A stretch of 39,587 nucleotides of DNA from an uncultured Bdellovibrionales bacterium (GTDB lineage: Bacteria; Patescibacteriota; Minisyncoccia; Moranbacterales; UBA2206), in assembly GCA_964516165.1 (NCBI GenBank), contig CAZEYB010000001.1, forward strand, positions 15,152-54,738, given 5' to 3'. Shown here one piece after another: positions 8,660 through 17,507 of the stretch (positions are counted from its first letter, which is position 1; every line of letters starts with the position of its first letter). The notes beneath the pieces are model-generated. The model made no database searches. It was not told the DNA's origin and saw only the letters and a list, made by a program, of their open reading frames with translations. The translations under genes and the position numbers were made by a program.

Positions 8660-10285
8660 TTAATTGTGATCGATTTTTAACTGCGCCGCCGCCAACCAAA
8701 CCCATAAAAATCCCAAGAATAAGCCGGCATTGAACAAATTAGAAATAACGATGGCGAACCAGGAAATCAGCATGAATAAGCCGACTGTTTTTTGCCAAGC
8801 GTTATCGGAATAAAAATAATTTTTTATCCAACGCGATAGGATATAAAAGAACAAAACACTAAAAGCTAAGAAGCCGACAATCCCCGATCCAAGCCAAACT
8901 TCAAGAAAAATATTGCTGGAGTTGAGACTGGCGCCGCGTTCGTCTTCGCCTAAAATCATGCCGATGCTTCCCCATCCGATACCGAGAAGGGGATGTTTTT
9001 TGATCTGTTCCCATGATTTTTGGTAAATTTTTTGGCGGATATTTATATTGGGATCATCACGATAGATTTCATAAATAATATTTCCGGCTATTTTTTCTTT
9101 TTCAATTTCTTCCAAATTAATATGGCGGCAACCGAACTTTTCCAATTCGTCGGCGGAGTTAATTGATTCCGGCGGTTTTTTATTTTCTGTACAGCTTATG
9201 GTAATTTTTTGAAGCCCTGAACCGGCGCTCTGAACTCGGTTAAATAACTGAAAATTGGTCAGATTGAAGATATAAACGCAAGCCAAACTGATTATTCCAG
9301 CCGAAATTATTATACTTAGTTGCTTTAAAAATTCTCCCCATTGCCAACCTTTAAACCTTAGATTGGTTAAAATTGCGAAAAGAAATATAGACATGGCGGC
9401 AAAGGCGCCAATCCAAGCGGAGCGAGAAACAGTCAAAATTAACGTTATGAAAGCAAGAACTAAAAATAAATAATAAATCAATTTGGCAATTAGCGACTGG
9501 CGATTGGCAATTAAGTTTGGATTTTGATATTGTTCGGGATTCAGCGTTTCAAATTTAGAATTTATAAAGTGACTGAAAGAATACAAAACGCTTATCAGTA
9601 TAATCAGATACATTCCCGCCCAATCCGGCTCCGTAAAAGTCAAATTCGGCCGCCCCGGCATTGTTTCAAAATTGGCGCCGCCGTAAATAAAGCGGATATT
9701 CTGCCAAAGGCCGTATAAAACGACAACCGCCGAAGAACCGATAAAAAACGGGACGATTTTTTTCAAATCATCTGTATTTTGGATATAGCAGCGAACTAAA
9801 TAATATAGCGCCGCAAAACTGGTAAAAATCACCGCCAATTTTAAACTGTCAATTTTATCCGGCGCGGCAAAAATACTTAAAAATCCCGCGGCAGCCATAA
9901 TTAAAACCAGATAATCCGGAAATTTCAATTTAGCCAGTTGAAAATTCAGTCTTTTTGTAAATAGCCGGATTATTATCGCCAAAATTATCAGCGCTCCGAT
10001 AAATTGATACGGACGGATAGCTATGAAAAAACTTTCCGGAGCCAAATTGATATTTTCCAGAATTATCGTTCCGATGAAAAGCAAAAACGCCCAGCCGGGA
10101 CGGTAAAGCGCCAAAGCCAGCGTGAGAGCCGCGAAAAAAATAAAATCTCCGGTCCTCATGGGAATGACTTTGAGATTAAAGAGCGCTATTGAAAAGAAAA
10201 CCAAAAAAACATCGCCTAAAAGCAAACAAGTTTTAGTCTGGTTCAAATTATTGATGAATTGTCGCGGTTTAAACAATATTTTCAA
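8660..10285 (-). CDS. O-antigen ligase / Wzy-like polytopic membrane protein
   Basis: 541 aa with at least 10 predicted TM helices. Contains TVSRSAWIGAF (Wzy_C-type SR..W motif), then a large hydrophilic loop and HPLLGIGWGS. Confidence 0.7.
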   Translation of the reverse strand: MKILFKPRQFINNLNQTKTCLLLGDVFLVFFSIALFNLKVIPMRTGDFIFFAALTLALALYRPGWAFLLFIGTIILENINLAPESFFIAIRPYQFIGALIILAIIIRLFTKRLNFQLAKLKFPDYLVLIMAAAGFLSIFAAPDKIDSLKLAVIFTSFAALYYLVRCYIQNTDDLKKIVPFFIGSSAVVVLYGLWQNIRFIYGGANFETMPGRPNLTFTEPDWAGMYLIILISVLYSFSHFINSKFETLNPEQYQNPNLIANRQSLIAKLIYYLFLVLAFITLILTVSRSAWIGAFAAMSIFLFAILTNLRFKGWQWGEFLKQLSIIISAGIISLACVYIFNLTNFQLFNRVQSAGSGLQKITISCTENKKPPESINSADELEKFGCRHINLEEIEKEKIAGNIIYEIYRDDPNINIRQKIYQKSWEQIKKHPLLGIGWGSIGMILGEDERGASLNSSNIFLEVWLGSGIVGFLAFSVLFFYILSRWIKNYFYSDNAWQKTVGLFMLISWFAIVISNLFNAGLFLGFLWVWLAAAQLKIDHN

Positions 10286-11447
10286 TTATATTCAAAATCT
10301 TTTCCGTGAATTTTTGCCAGCTGAATTGCTTGGCCCGTTCCAGACCCCGCCGGGTCAAATCGTCGCGCAGCTTTTTTTTAACCATTAAATTTTTCATCAC
10401 CATGGCGATATCGCTCGGGTCGTTCGGATGGCAATATAAAGCGCTGTCCAATCCCACTTCAGGGAGTGAAGAAATTTTTCCCGCGATAACCGGCGTACCC
10501 GTATTCATCGCCTCTAACACCGGTAAGCCAAAACCCTCATAAAACGACGGGAAAACAAACATTATAGCGCTGGAAAACAAGACTGGCAAGTCTTTTTGCG
10601 GCACGAGATTTAAAAATTTGATTCGCTGGGTCAAATTTAATTCTCTCGCCAGCTTTTCCGCGTCAGTGATAAGCGGCGCCAGCTCGGGCATCAATTTTCC
10701 GTAAATCGCCAGTACGGGAAATTCGTCCGTGAAATATTCCTTTTTATTTTTATCTCGGAGAATTTTGTAAGCCCGAATGACGCCAGCCACATTTTTTCTC
10801 GCTTCGTAACCGCCGCCGGCCAAAATATAACCCGGCTTCAATTTATATCGGCTTAAAACCCGTTGCTTTTTACCGTCTGATATATATTTCTTAAAAATTT
10901 CGTCAGCATCAATATAATTTATCGAGATTTTTTCCGGGCTGATCCCCAGATGCCGGATCAAATCTTTTTCCGTCCGGCTGGAAATAGATATAATTTTATC
11001 AGCGTTTTTTATTCCCTCTTTCGTAAGCTTCCAATATAATTTTTTTCTGAAATTATTTAAATATTCCGGAAATAATTCCGGTATAACATCGTGGGTGATC
11101 ATTAAATGTTTTATCTCGGAACTAACTATTGTCGGGCATTGATACGGACTGATAAGATAACTGCATTTGTCTTTCTTGGCGTATCTTGGTAAAAGGCATT
11201 TTTCCCACCAAATTTTCCGGATTAAATCGTCTCGTTTCCAAAACGGCAAAAAAATTCTTTTTTTGAAGTTCTTCGGCAGTTCGAAATCTCTAGACAAATC
11301 TTCTTCCAAATATAGAATGAAATTAAATTTATCAACTTTAAACTGGCTTAGTTTTTTAAGAAAATTAAGCGTGACTTGCCCGATTCCAGTATAGGGTTTT
11401 CTGGCAAAAGAAGCGTTAATGCCGACAATTATTTTTTTATCGTTCAT
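10269..11447 (-). CDS. Glycosyltransferase family 4 (GT-B fold)
   Basis: 392 aa with SFYEGFGLPVLEAMNTGTPVIAG and GGGYEARKN. Its stop overlaps the start of the downstream ligase-like gene by 17 nt. Confidence 0.85.
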   Translation of the reverse strand: MNDKKIIVGINASFARKPYTGIGQVTLNFLKKLSQFKVDKFNFILYLEEDLSRDFELPKNFKKRIFLPFWKRDDLIRKIWWEKCLLPRYAKKDKCSYLISPYQCPTIVSSEIKHLMITHDVIPELFPEYLNNFRKKLYWKLTKEGIKNADKIISISSRTEKDLIRHLGISPEKISINYIDADEIFKKYISDGKKQRVLSRYKLKPGYILAGGGYEARKNVAGVIRAYKILRDKNKKEYFTDEFPVLAIYGKLMPELAPLITDAEKLARELNLTQRIKFLNLVPQKDLPVLFSSAIMFVFPSFYEGFGLPVLEAMNTGTPVIAGKISSLPEVGLDSALYCHPNDPSDIAMVMKNLMVKKKLRDDLTRRGLERAKQFSWQKFTEKILNIIENIV

Positions 11448-11453
11448 GCTTTT

Positions 11454-11482
11454 ATTTTACATCCGATTCTGATTTATGTCAT
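11454..11482 (-). promoter_or_regulatory. Candidate promoter for the minus-strand GT4/ligase/LCP operon (ATGACA-17-TAAAAT)
   Basis: On the minus strand, ATGACA lies at 11482-11477 and TAAAAT at 11459-11454 with a 17-nt spacer. The -10 ends only ~7 nt before the ATG at 11447, so the leader would be very short. Confidence 0.3.
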
Positions 11483-11489
11483 CCGCGAA

Positions 11490-11517
11490 CCCCCACACCA
11501 AAACATTGGTGTGGGGG
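11490..11517. promoter_or_regulatory. Perfect 28-nt GC-rich palindrome between divergent promoters (candidate operator)
   Basis: CCCCCACACCAA-aaca-TTGGTGTGGGGG, i.e. 12-bp perfect arms and a 4-nt spacer. It lies 8 nt from the minus-strand -35 candidate and 11 nt from the plus-strand -35 candidate. No U-tract follows on either strand. Confidence 0.45.
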
Positions 11518-11527
11518 TAAAATCCAT

Positions 11528-11556
11528 TTGCTAGTTATCAAAAAGTTACCTAGAAT
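11528..11556 (+). promoter_or_regulatory. Candidate promoter for the nucleotide-sugar dehydrogenase gene (TTGCTA-17-TAGAAT)
   Basis: TTGCTA at 11528-11533 and TAGAAT at 11551-11556 with a 17-nt spacer, ~30 nt upstream of the ATG at 11587. Confidence 0.35.
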
Positions 11557-11586
11557 TAAATAGTATATTAGTTTAATAAAAAAACT

Positions 11587-12822
11587 ATGGCAAAGAAACA
11601 AACCATTTGTGTTGTCGGTCTCGGCTATGTCGGATTGCCATTGGCCATCCGTTGCCAAGAAAGAGGCTATGAAACTTACGGCTTTGATTTGGACAAGATA
11701 AAAATAGCTTTAATCAAAAAAAAGAAAAATTCAATTAAGGCCACTTCGGATGAAAAAATCATTAAAAAATCCGATGTTATTCTTATTTGCGTTCCTACAC
11801 CGGTGGATAAAAATTATTACCCCGATCTCCGACCGGTGATAAGCGCCACTGAAATCATTGCCAGAAATTTGAAAAAAGGCGCCTTAGTGGTTTTGGAATC
11901 AACTGTCAACCCGGGAGTTAGCGAAGAAATAGTCAAGCCGATTTTTAAGAAGGCCGGATTTAAAGCCGGACGCGATTATCATTTGGCGCATTGTCCGGAA
12001 CGCATTAATCCGGGGGATCCCAAATGGAACGTGGCTAATATCCCGAGAGTAGTCGGCGCTCTTAATAAATTCGGTCTGGCTCTCGCTCTCAAATTTTATA
12101 AAAGCATTCTAGACGCGTCTATCCGTCCCATGAAATCCATTCGCGAAGCCGAAGCCGTGAAAATCATGGAAAATTCCTTCCGCGACATCAATATCGCTTT
12201 CGTCAATGAATTGGCTAAATCTTTTTCGCGCCTGAAAATTGACGTAAAAGACGTGATTTTAGGCGCTGCTACCAAACCTTTCGCCTTTATGGCTCATTTT
12301 CCTTCCTGCGGCGTCGGCGGGCATTGTATTCCTGTCGATCCGTATTATCTCATTGAACGGGCTAAAAAAACCGGCTTCGACCATAAATTTTTGCGGGTGG
12401 CCAGGGAAATTAATAACTCTATGCCGACTTATACGGTAGAATTGCTTCGAGAAGCGCTGAATGAAATTCGTCTGCCTATGAATGGAACCCGAATAGGAAT
12501 TTTAGGCGTAACCTATAAAGCCGATGTGGACGACGTGCGAGAATCACCGTCAATCAAAATTATGGAACTGGTCAAAAAATATAAAGCCCGAATGCTGGTT
12601 TACGATCCGCACATACCGGAAAAATCCAATGTTAAAAATTTAGTTGAACTTCTTAAAAAATCCAAAGCGTTGATCTTGGTTACTGATCATAAAGAATTCA
12701 TAAAAATTAAACCGGAGACTTTGAAAAAATACGGCGTAAAAATTATCATAGACGGAAAAAATTGTCTGGATAAGAACGCTCTAAAAAAATTAGGCATAAT
12801 ATATAAAGGCATCGGGAGATAA
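11587..12822 (+). CDS. Nucleotide-sugar (UDP-GlcNAc/ManNAc/Glc-type) 6-dehydrogenase
   Basis: 411 aa. Rossmann motif VVGLGYVGLPLA, ESTVNPG, PERINPGD, catalytic Cys in GVGGHCIPVDP, and a C-terminal UDP-binding domain GVTYKADVDDVRESP. Confidence 0.85.
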   Translation: MAKKQTICVVGLGYVGLPLAIRCQERGYETYGFDLDKIKIALIKKKKNSIKATSDEKIIKKSDVILICVPTPVDKNYYPDLRPVISATEIIARNLKKGALVVLESTVNPGVSEEIVKPIFKKAGFKAGRDYHLAHCPERINPGDPKWNVANIPRVVGALNKFGLALALKFYKSILDASIRPMKSIREAEAVKIMENSFRDINIAFVNELAKSFSRLKIDVKDVILGAATKPFAFMAHFPSCGVGGHCIPVDPYYLIERAKKTGFDHKFLRVAREINNSMPTYTVELLREALNEIRLPMNGTRIGILGVTYKADVDDVRESPSIKIMELVKKYKARMLVYDPHIPEKSNVKNLVELLKKSKALILVTDHKEFIKIKPETLKKYGVKIIIDGKNCLDKNALKKLGIIYKGIGR

Positions 12823-12842
12823 GCATAAATTTATTCGCCAGT

Positions 12843-12870
12843 TTGCTAAACCACTGAATTAAGGTATAAT
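12843..12870 (+). promoter_or_regulatory. Candidate promoter (TTGCTA-16-TATAAT) at the head of the long plus-strand glycan operon
   Basis: TTGCTA at 12843-12848 and TATAAT at 12865-12870 with a 16-nt spacer, ~50 nt upstream of the small ORF at 12920. Confidence 0.4.
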
Positions 12871-12919
12871 AATTGTATACTTCAGACTCTAATTTGTAGC
12901 TTAAACAAGCTTAAAAATT

Positions 12920-13144
12920 ATGTTGGATATCTTTAAATCCATCATTTGGATAGTGCTTCTTTTCGCCGCGGCTTACTTTGTAATGGAATTTTTAGGCTAT
13001 GAAATCAATAAAGAGTATTTCATTTACAGCCGGAAGAAATGCGAAGAAAGGCTCAAAGAATGCGGCGACAATTTCATCCATAAGGGCATAGACAATTGCG
13101 ATTTTAAATGCGTCGACCCTAAATTAATCATAAAGAAAAAATGA
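12920..13144 (+). CDS. Small single-pass membrane protein with a four-Cys tail (hypothetical)
   Basis: 74 aa. TM helix IIWIVLLFAAAYFVMEF, then KKCEERLKECG...DNCDFKCVDP (C-x7-C ... C-x3-C). No recognisable family, and coding status is supported only by position and the candidate promoter. Confidence 0.4.
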   Translation: MLDIFKSIIWIVLLFAAAYFVMEFLGYEINKEYFIYSRKKCEERLKECGDNFIHKGIDNCDFKCVDPKLIIKKK

Positions 13145-13157
13145 CTCTTTAAAAAAT

Positions 13158-14141
13158 ATGAAACTTATAATTAATATCCCGGCTTACAACGAGGAAGAAA
13201 AAATCGGTGAAACTATCACTCGAATAAAAAAAAGCTTTGAGCTAGATTTTTATTCCCGCCAAGACGCCGCCATAAATGAGAAACTAATTCAAGTTATTGA
13301 CGACGGATCAACCGACAAAACAGTTGAAATCGCTCGCGCCAACGGAGTTGATATTGTCATTTCCTATAAACCCAACCGCCGTCTGGCTTATGCTTTCAAA
13401 CGCGCCGTGGAAAGCTCCCTGGAAAAAGAAGCCGACATAATGGTCAATATTGACGCGGACGGCCAATTCAACCCGGAAGATATTCCCAGCCTTTTAACTC
13501 CCATAATCCAAGGCCGGGCCGATATGGTCATCGCCAACCGCTTCGGAAAACATAAAGCTAAAAACATTCCTTGGGCAAGAAAGATTTTGAATCTCTTCGC
13601 CTCCAATTTAATCGGATTTTTCCTAAGTTATAAAACTAACGATTTGACTTGCGGTTTTAGAGCCTTGAACCGCGAAACCATGTTACGGCTAAATTTAACC
13701 AACGTGAATTTCACTTACACGCAAGAAACTATCATTGATGCCATTGGTAAAAGTTTAAAACTTGTGTGGGTACCGGTTCTGGTGACTTATTTCGACAATC
13801 GTGACGCCAAAATCACCAAATCCATTTTCAAATTCATTAATAATTCCAGCAAAATAATTATCAAGGCCATCCGTGACGTGCGTCCGCTTAAATTTTTTGG
13901 TTGGCCCGGAATTTTTTTAGTGGCGGTGGGAATTGTCGGGTTCACGATATTCTTCTATAATTATGTTTCGGACCTAAAAATCACTCCTCATTTGAATTAT
14001 ATCGTTTTCTCGTCCATTTCCCTTCTTCTGGGAATTCAACTTCTCGTATTCGCTCTTATCGCCGATATGGTAAAATCCAGCCGGATTCTCACGGAAGAAC
14101 TTATGTATCAGTGGAAAAAGGATAAATATGAAAAAAAATAA
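13158..14141 (+). CDS. GT2 polyprenyl-phosphate glycosyltransferase (DPM1/GtrB-like, membrane anchored)
   Basis: 327 aa. INIPAYNEEEKI, VIDDGSTDKT, NIDADGQFNPED (DxD), plus two C-terminal TM helices typical of polyprenol-P-sugar synthases. Confidence 0.75.
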   Translation: MKLIINIPAYNEEEKIGETITRIKKSFELDFYSRQDAAINEKLIQVIDDGSTDKTVEIARANGVDIVISYKPNRRLAYAFKRAVESSLEKEADIMVNIDADGQFNPEDIPSLLTPIIQGRADMVIANRFGKHKAKNIPWARKILNLFASNLIGFFLSYKTNDLTCGFRALNRETMLRLNLTNVNFTYTQETIIDAIGKSLKLVWVPVLVTYFDNRDAKITKSIFKFINNSSKIIIKAIRDVRPLKFFGWPGIFLVAVGIVGFTIFFYNYVSDLKITPHLNYIVFSSISLLLGIQLLVFALIADMVKSSRILTEELMYQWKKDKYEKK

Positions 14142-15252
14142 AATACTTTTTATTTCCCGCGCTTATCCACCGATAATCGGCGGAATTGAAAATCAGAATT
14201 ACGGCATTGCTAACGCGCTTAAAAACATCGCTGAAACTAAAATTATTGCCAATAAGAGCGGCAAAAAGAATTTGCCTTTTTTCATGCCTTGGGTTTTTCT
14301 ATCAAGTTTAATAACTTTTCGCGATTATGACGCTGTTCTTTTGGGAGACGGCGTTCTCTCTCCTCTCGGAGCATGGCTCAAATTCTTTTATCCGCGAAAA
14401 AAAGCGTTGTCGATCGTGCATGGACTGGACATAACATTTGCCTGCAAAAAATCCCTTCTGGGAAAAGCCTATCGGCTAATAAATATCCCCTGTCTAAAAA
14501 AGCTTGATAGGCTCATTATGGTTGGACAGGAAACTATAAAAGAAGCCGTTAAAACCGGAATTTCCAAAGATAAATGCGTCTTTATTCCCAACGGGCTTTC
14601 TGTTGAAAAAATAGCCAAACCTCACTCCCGTTCCGAACTGGAAAAACTGATAGATTTAGACTTGGAAGGAAAAAAAGTGATTTTTCGAGGAGGCCGATTT
14701 ACTAAACATAAAGGCGTGGAATGGTTTATTCGAAATGTCATTCCGCGCCTTTCTCCAAATTATATTCTAGCGGCCGGCGGCGGCGCTATTTCGAAAATTA
14801 CGGCTGGAGACGAAAATAATTTTCCTAACTGCGTTAAAGCCGTAAAAGAGCTTGGATTAAAAGATCGCGTAAAATTATTTCCCAACATTCCTCAGCCGGA
14901 TATCGAAATTCTTTTTAACGCCTGCGACCTTTATGTTTCTCCTAATATAAAAATATACGGATCAATGGAAGGTTTTGGAATAACAGCGATTGAAGCCGGC
15001 GCTTGCGGACGAGTCGTCGTAGCCTCTAATCTTGAAGGCCTGAAAGACGCGATAATTGACGGAGAAAACGGATTTTTAGTGGAATCAGGAAATGCTGAAA
15101 AGTATACCCAAAAAATAACGGCCCTTCTGGAAGATGACGATTTCCGAAAAAGTTTCGGCGAAAAAGCCCGGCAGTATGTAATTGATAATTATTCCTGGGA
15201 AAAAATTTCCAGGAGATATTTAGAAGAAATAGAAAAAGTAATTCACAGTTAG
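14128..15252 (+). CDS. Glycosyltransferase family 4 (GT-B fold)
   Basis: 374 aa with GGRFTKHKG and SMEGFGITAIEAGACGRVVVAS (E-x7-E region). It overlaps the upstream GT2 by 14 nt. Confidence 0.8.
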   Translation: MKKNKILFISRAYPPIIGGIENQNYGIANALKNIAETKIIANKSGKKNLPFFMPWVFLSSLITFRDYDAVLLGDGVLSPLGAWLKFFYPRKKALSIVHGLDITFACKKSLLGKAYRLINIPCLKKLDRLIMVGQETIKEAVKTGISKDKCVFIPNGLSVEKIAKPHSRSELEKLIDLDLEGKKVIFRGGRFTKHKGVEWFIRNVIPRLSPNYILAAGGGAISKITAGDENNFPNCVKAVKELGLKDRVKLFPNIPQPDIEILFNACDLYVSPNIKIYGSMEGFGITAIEAGACGRVVVASNLEGLKDAIIDGENGFLVESGNAEKYTQKITALLEDDDFRKSFGEKARQYVIDNYSWEKISRRYLEEIEKVIHS

Positions 15253-15256
15253 TCAA

Positions 15257-17143
15257 ATGCTAAGTCTTGCCTTCAATCAAATATTACTCTACTTTTCCAT
15301 TGCCGTTACCATGTTCCTGCCTGGCTGGTTTTTGCTTTTGGCGGTTTTTGGAAAAAACAAGACCGTAAGCGCGCTGGAAAGATTTATTCTATCGTTCGGA
15401 CTGGGGATAATCATTACCGATTTTATCGCTTTTGCTTATTCGAAGCTTAACATATCCATCACCGGAATTTCAGCCATTATCGGAACAGCTGTTTTCTGCC
15501 TAGCTTGTCTAATTGTCTATAAATATAGGACTTATTCTGACTATCAAGATGAAAACAGAAAATTATTTTCTTTTTCCAAGAACCAGTTCGTCCTGATTTT
15601 ACTCTTATTATTCCTTACTCTTTTCATAAAAACCGCCTATCTTTCCGCCACCGTCGCTCCCACCGCCACCGATATGGGCCATCACATGTATTGGACCAAG
15701 CTGATAACCGAAAATCACAAACTCCCGGATTATGGAGGTATGCCGGATTTCATTATCGGTGAACATATCGCCTTGGCTGAAATCGCCATGATCGCTGGTT
15801 TCGATTTTTTTTCCGCTTTCCCGGTAGTCGTTCTGTTGCTTATCAATATCCTGGGGATTCTAACTGTTTTTTCCCTGACTTTAAGAATATTCAAAAATAA
15901 AAATATCGCTATTTTTACTCTCTTGTTTCTGGGAATGCTTTTTGCTATATCTTCTCCTCAAGCCAAATTCATAAGCGGCGGGGTCATAGGCAATATTATG
16001 GGAAATTATCTTCTGTCCTTGATTTTCTATTTTTTTGCCAGAGCCTTTTCAGAACTGGATGGTCTGAAATCCGCTAGCATCAAAATCCAAAGATCTTTTT
16101 TAAGTTTCGCCGTTTTCGCGACTTTCGGCCTTTTTTACACCCATCATCTCACTGCCTTTATCTTTCTCTTTATTTTCGCGTTCCTGGCATTTTTCTTCCT
16201 GACTATAAACATTAAAAACATCATAAATATATTAAAAACTTCGGCTAAAATTATATTCTCTCCGCCCGTAATCGCCACGCTTATTTTGGGATTGATATTC
16301 TTTTTCTTTATTTTCACGCCTACTTACATAAAAACCAGCGCGGTGGAAACAGCCGTTGGCGTTCCGGAAAAATCCACTCGAACCGGATTGAGTTTCAACA
16401 ATCTGAAGACCGCTGTCGGGGACGCTCGAATAACACTGGGATTCATCGGGCTCTTAATCTTGACTTTAAGCCTTAAGAAGAAAAGTTTTGGATTTTCATT
16501 GATTTTTTCCTGGGCGGTTATGATATTTATCATGTCCGCTATGCCGTATTTTCTTTTTATCAACCTTCCCAGTTCCCGCATTGGAAATTATCTGTCTTAT
16601 CCCATGGCTATTCTGGCGGCTTACGGACTGCACTATGTTTTCAATTCTGGCATAAATAATCCTATCCCTAAAAAACTCTTAAGCAGCGCCTTTATCATTA
16701 TTACCGCTTTTGTTTTCGCGAATGGCCTGTCCGACAACGCCGAGGCCTTCAAAAAATCGCCGGATTTTTCTCCGATGGTCCAGACTTTCAACGCTTCGGA
16801 ATATTTAGCCGAAAAGACGAATGCCGGCGAGATAATTTTAAAAGACCATAACTACATAACTTCGAGCGATTCATGGATCAAGCTGTTTTTTATGCGCGGT
16901 TACAAGTATCCTTTGTCGCGCGGATATTTCAGACGTTACGAAGATAAGACCAATGCTCGTGAAATGTGCACGCTCTATATGATTTCCAATCCAGACGGAG
17001 AACAGGCGAAGGTTTGCTACGAAGAAACAAAAACCGATTACATTATGATCAATCCCGTTTATGACAGCGTCCAATTCAAAAAGTTGAAAAATTTCGACCA
17101 AGTTTACATGACCGAGGAAATAGCTATCTATCATAAGAAGTAA
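15257..17143 (+). CDS. Large polytopic membrane protein, GT-C-like (uncharacterised; D-x3-H loop motif)
   Basis: 628 aa with about 13-15 hydrophobic helices and a ~150-aa hydrophilic C-terminal domain. The first long loop carries ATDMGHHMYWTKLITENHKLPDYGG, reminiscent of PTPS-related/YfhO-type GT-C membrane proteins. No firm family assignment. Confidence 0.45.
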   Translation: MLSLAFNQILLYFSIAVTMFLPGWFLLLAVFGKNKTVSALERFILSFGLGIIITDFIAFAYSKLNISITGISAIIGTAVFCLACLIVYKYRTYSDYQDENRKLFSFSKNQFVLILLLLFLTLFIKTAYLSATVAPTATDMGHHMYWTKLITENHKLPDYGGMPDFIIGEHIALAEIAMIAGFDFFSAFPVVVLLLINILGILTVFSLTLRIFKNKNIAIFTLLFLGMLFAISSPQAKFISGGVIGNIMGNYLLSLIFYFFARAFSELDGLKSASIKIQRSFLSFAVFATFGLFYTHHLTAFIFLFIFAFLAFFFLTINIKNIINILKTSAKIIFSPPVIATLILGLIFFFFIFTPTYIKTSAVETAVGVPEKSTRTGLSFNNLKTAVGDARITLGFIGLLILTLSLKKKSFGFSLIFSWAVMIFIMSAMPYFLFINLPSSRIGNYLSYPMAILAAYGLHYVFNSGINNPIPKKLLSSAFIIITAFVFANGLSDNAEAFKKSPDFSPMVQTFNASEYLAEKTNAGEIILKDHNYITSSDSWIKLFFMRGYKYPLSRGYFRRYEDKTNAREMCTLYMISNPDGEQAKVCYEETKTDYIMINPVYDSVQFKKLKNFDQVYMTEEIAIYHKK

Positions 17144-17147
17144 ATTT

Positions 17148-17507
17148 ATGCAGCAGATAAAAATTATACTATTCATACTTATCCTATTCATTGCCAGTTC
17201 TCTTTGGCTTTTTTACCAAGGCGGCAGGCAAACAGATCCCGACTTTAATAAAAACTGGTGGTCGGTTTATTTTGTTAATCCCAAATCAAATGATTTGGAT
17301 TTCGTAATTGACAACCACAGCGACAAGTCTGATTTTCAGTGGGAAGTCTTGACTGGCGGAAATAAAGTTCAGACCGGCGAACTTAAAATTAAAAAGGGAG
17401 AATCGCAAAATATAAAACCGGCTGATATTGAAAAAACAGCGGATCAAAAAATCACTATTCAAGTTTTCAGCGGCGATGAAAAGAGAGAAATATACAAGAA
17501 TTTATGA
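17148..17507 (+). CDS. Small N-terminally anchored extracytoplasmic protein (hypothetical)
   Basis: 119 aa. TM helix IILFILILFIASSLWLF followed by a beta-rich-looking domain (NWWSVYFVNP...FVIDNHSD...FQWEV). The start lies 4 nt after the stop of the upstream membrane protein gene, and the stop overlaps the next gene by 4 nt. Confidence 0.5.
   Translation: MQQIKIILFILILFIASSLWLFYQGGRQTDPDFNKNWWSVYFVNPKSNDLDFVIDNHSDKSDFQWEVLTGGNKVQTGELKIKKGESQNIKPADIEKTADQKITIQVFSGDEKREIYKNL

Noticed and set aside
11490-11517. The 12-bp-stem GC hairpin as a Rho-independent terminator
   Set aside because: Both neighbouring genes start here and are transcribed away from it, and no T/U-tract follows on either strand. 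It was kept as a candidate operator instead.
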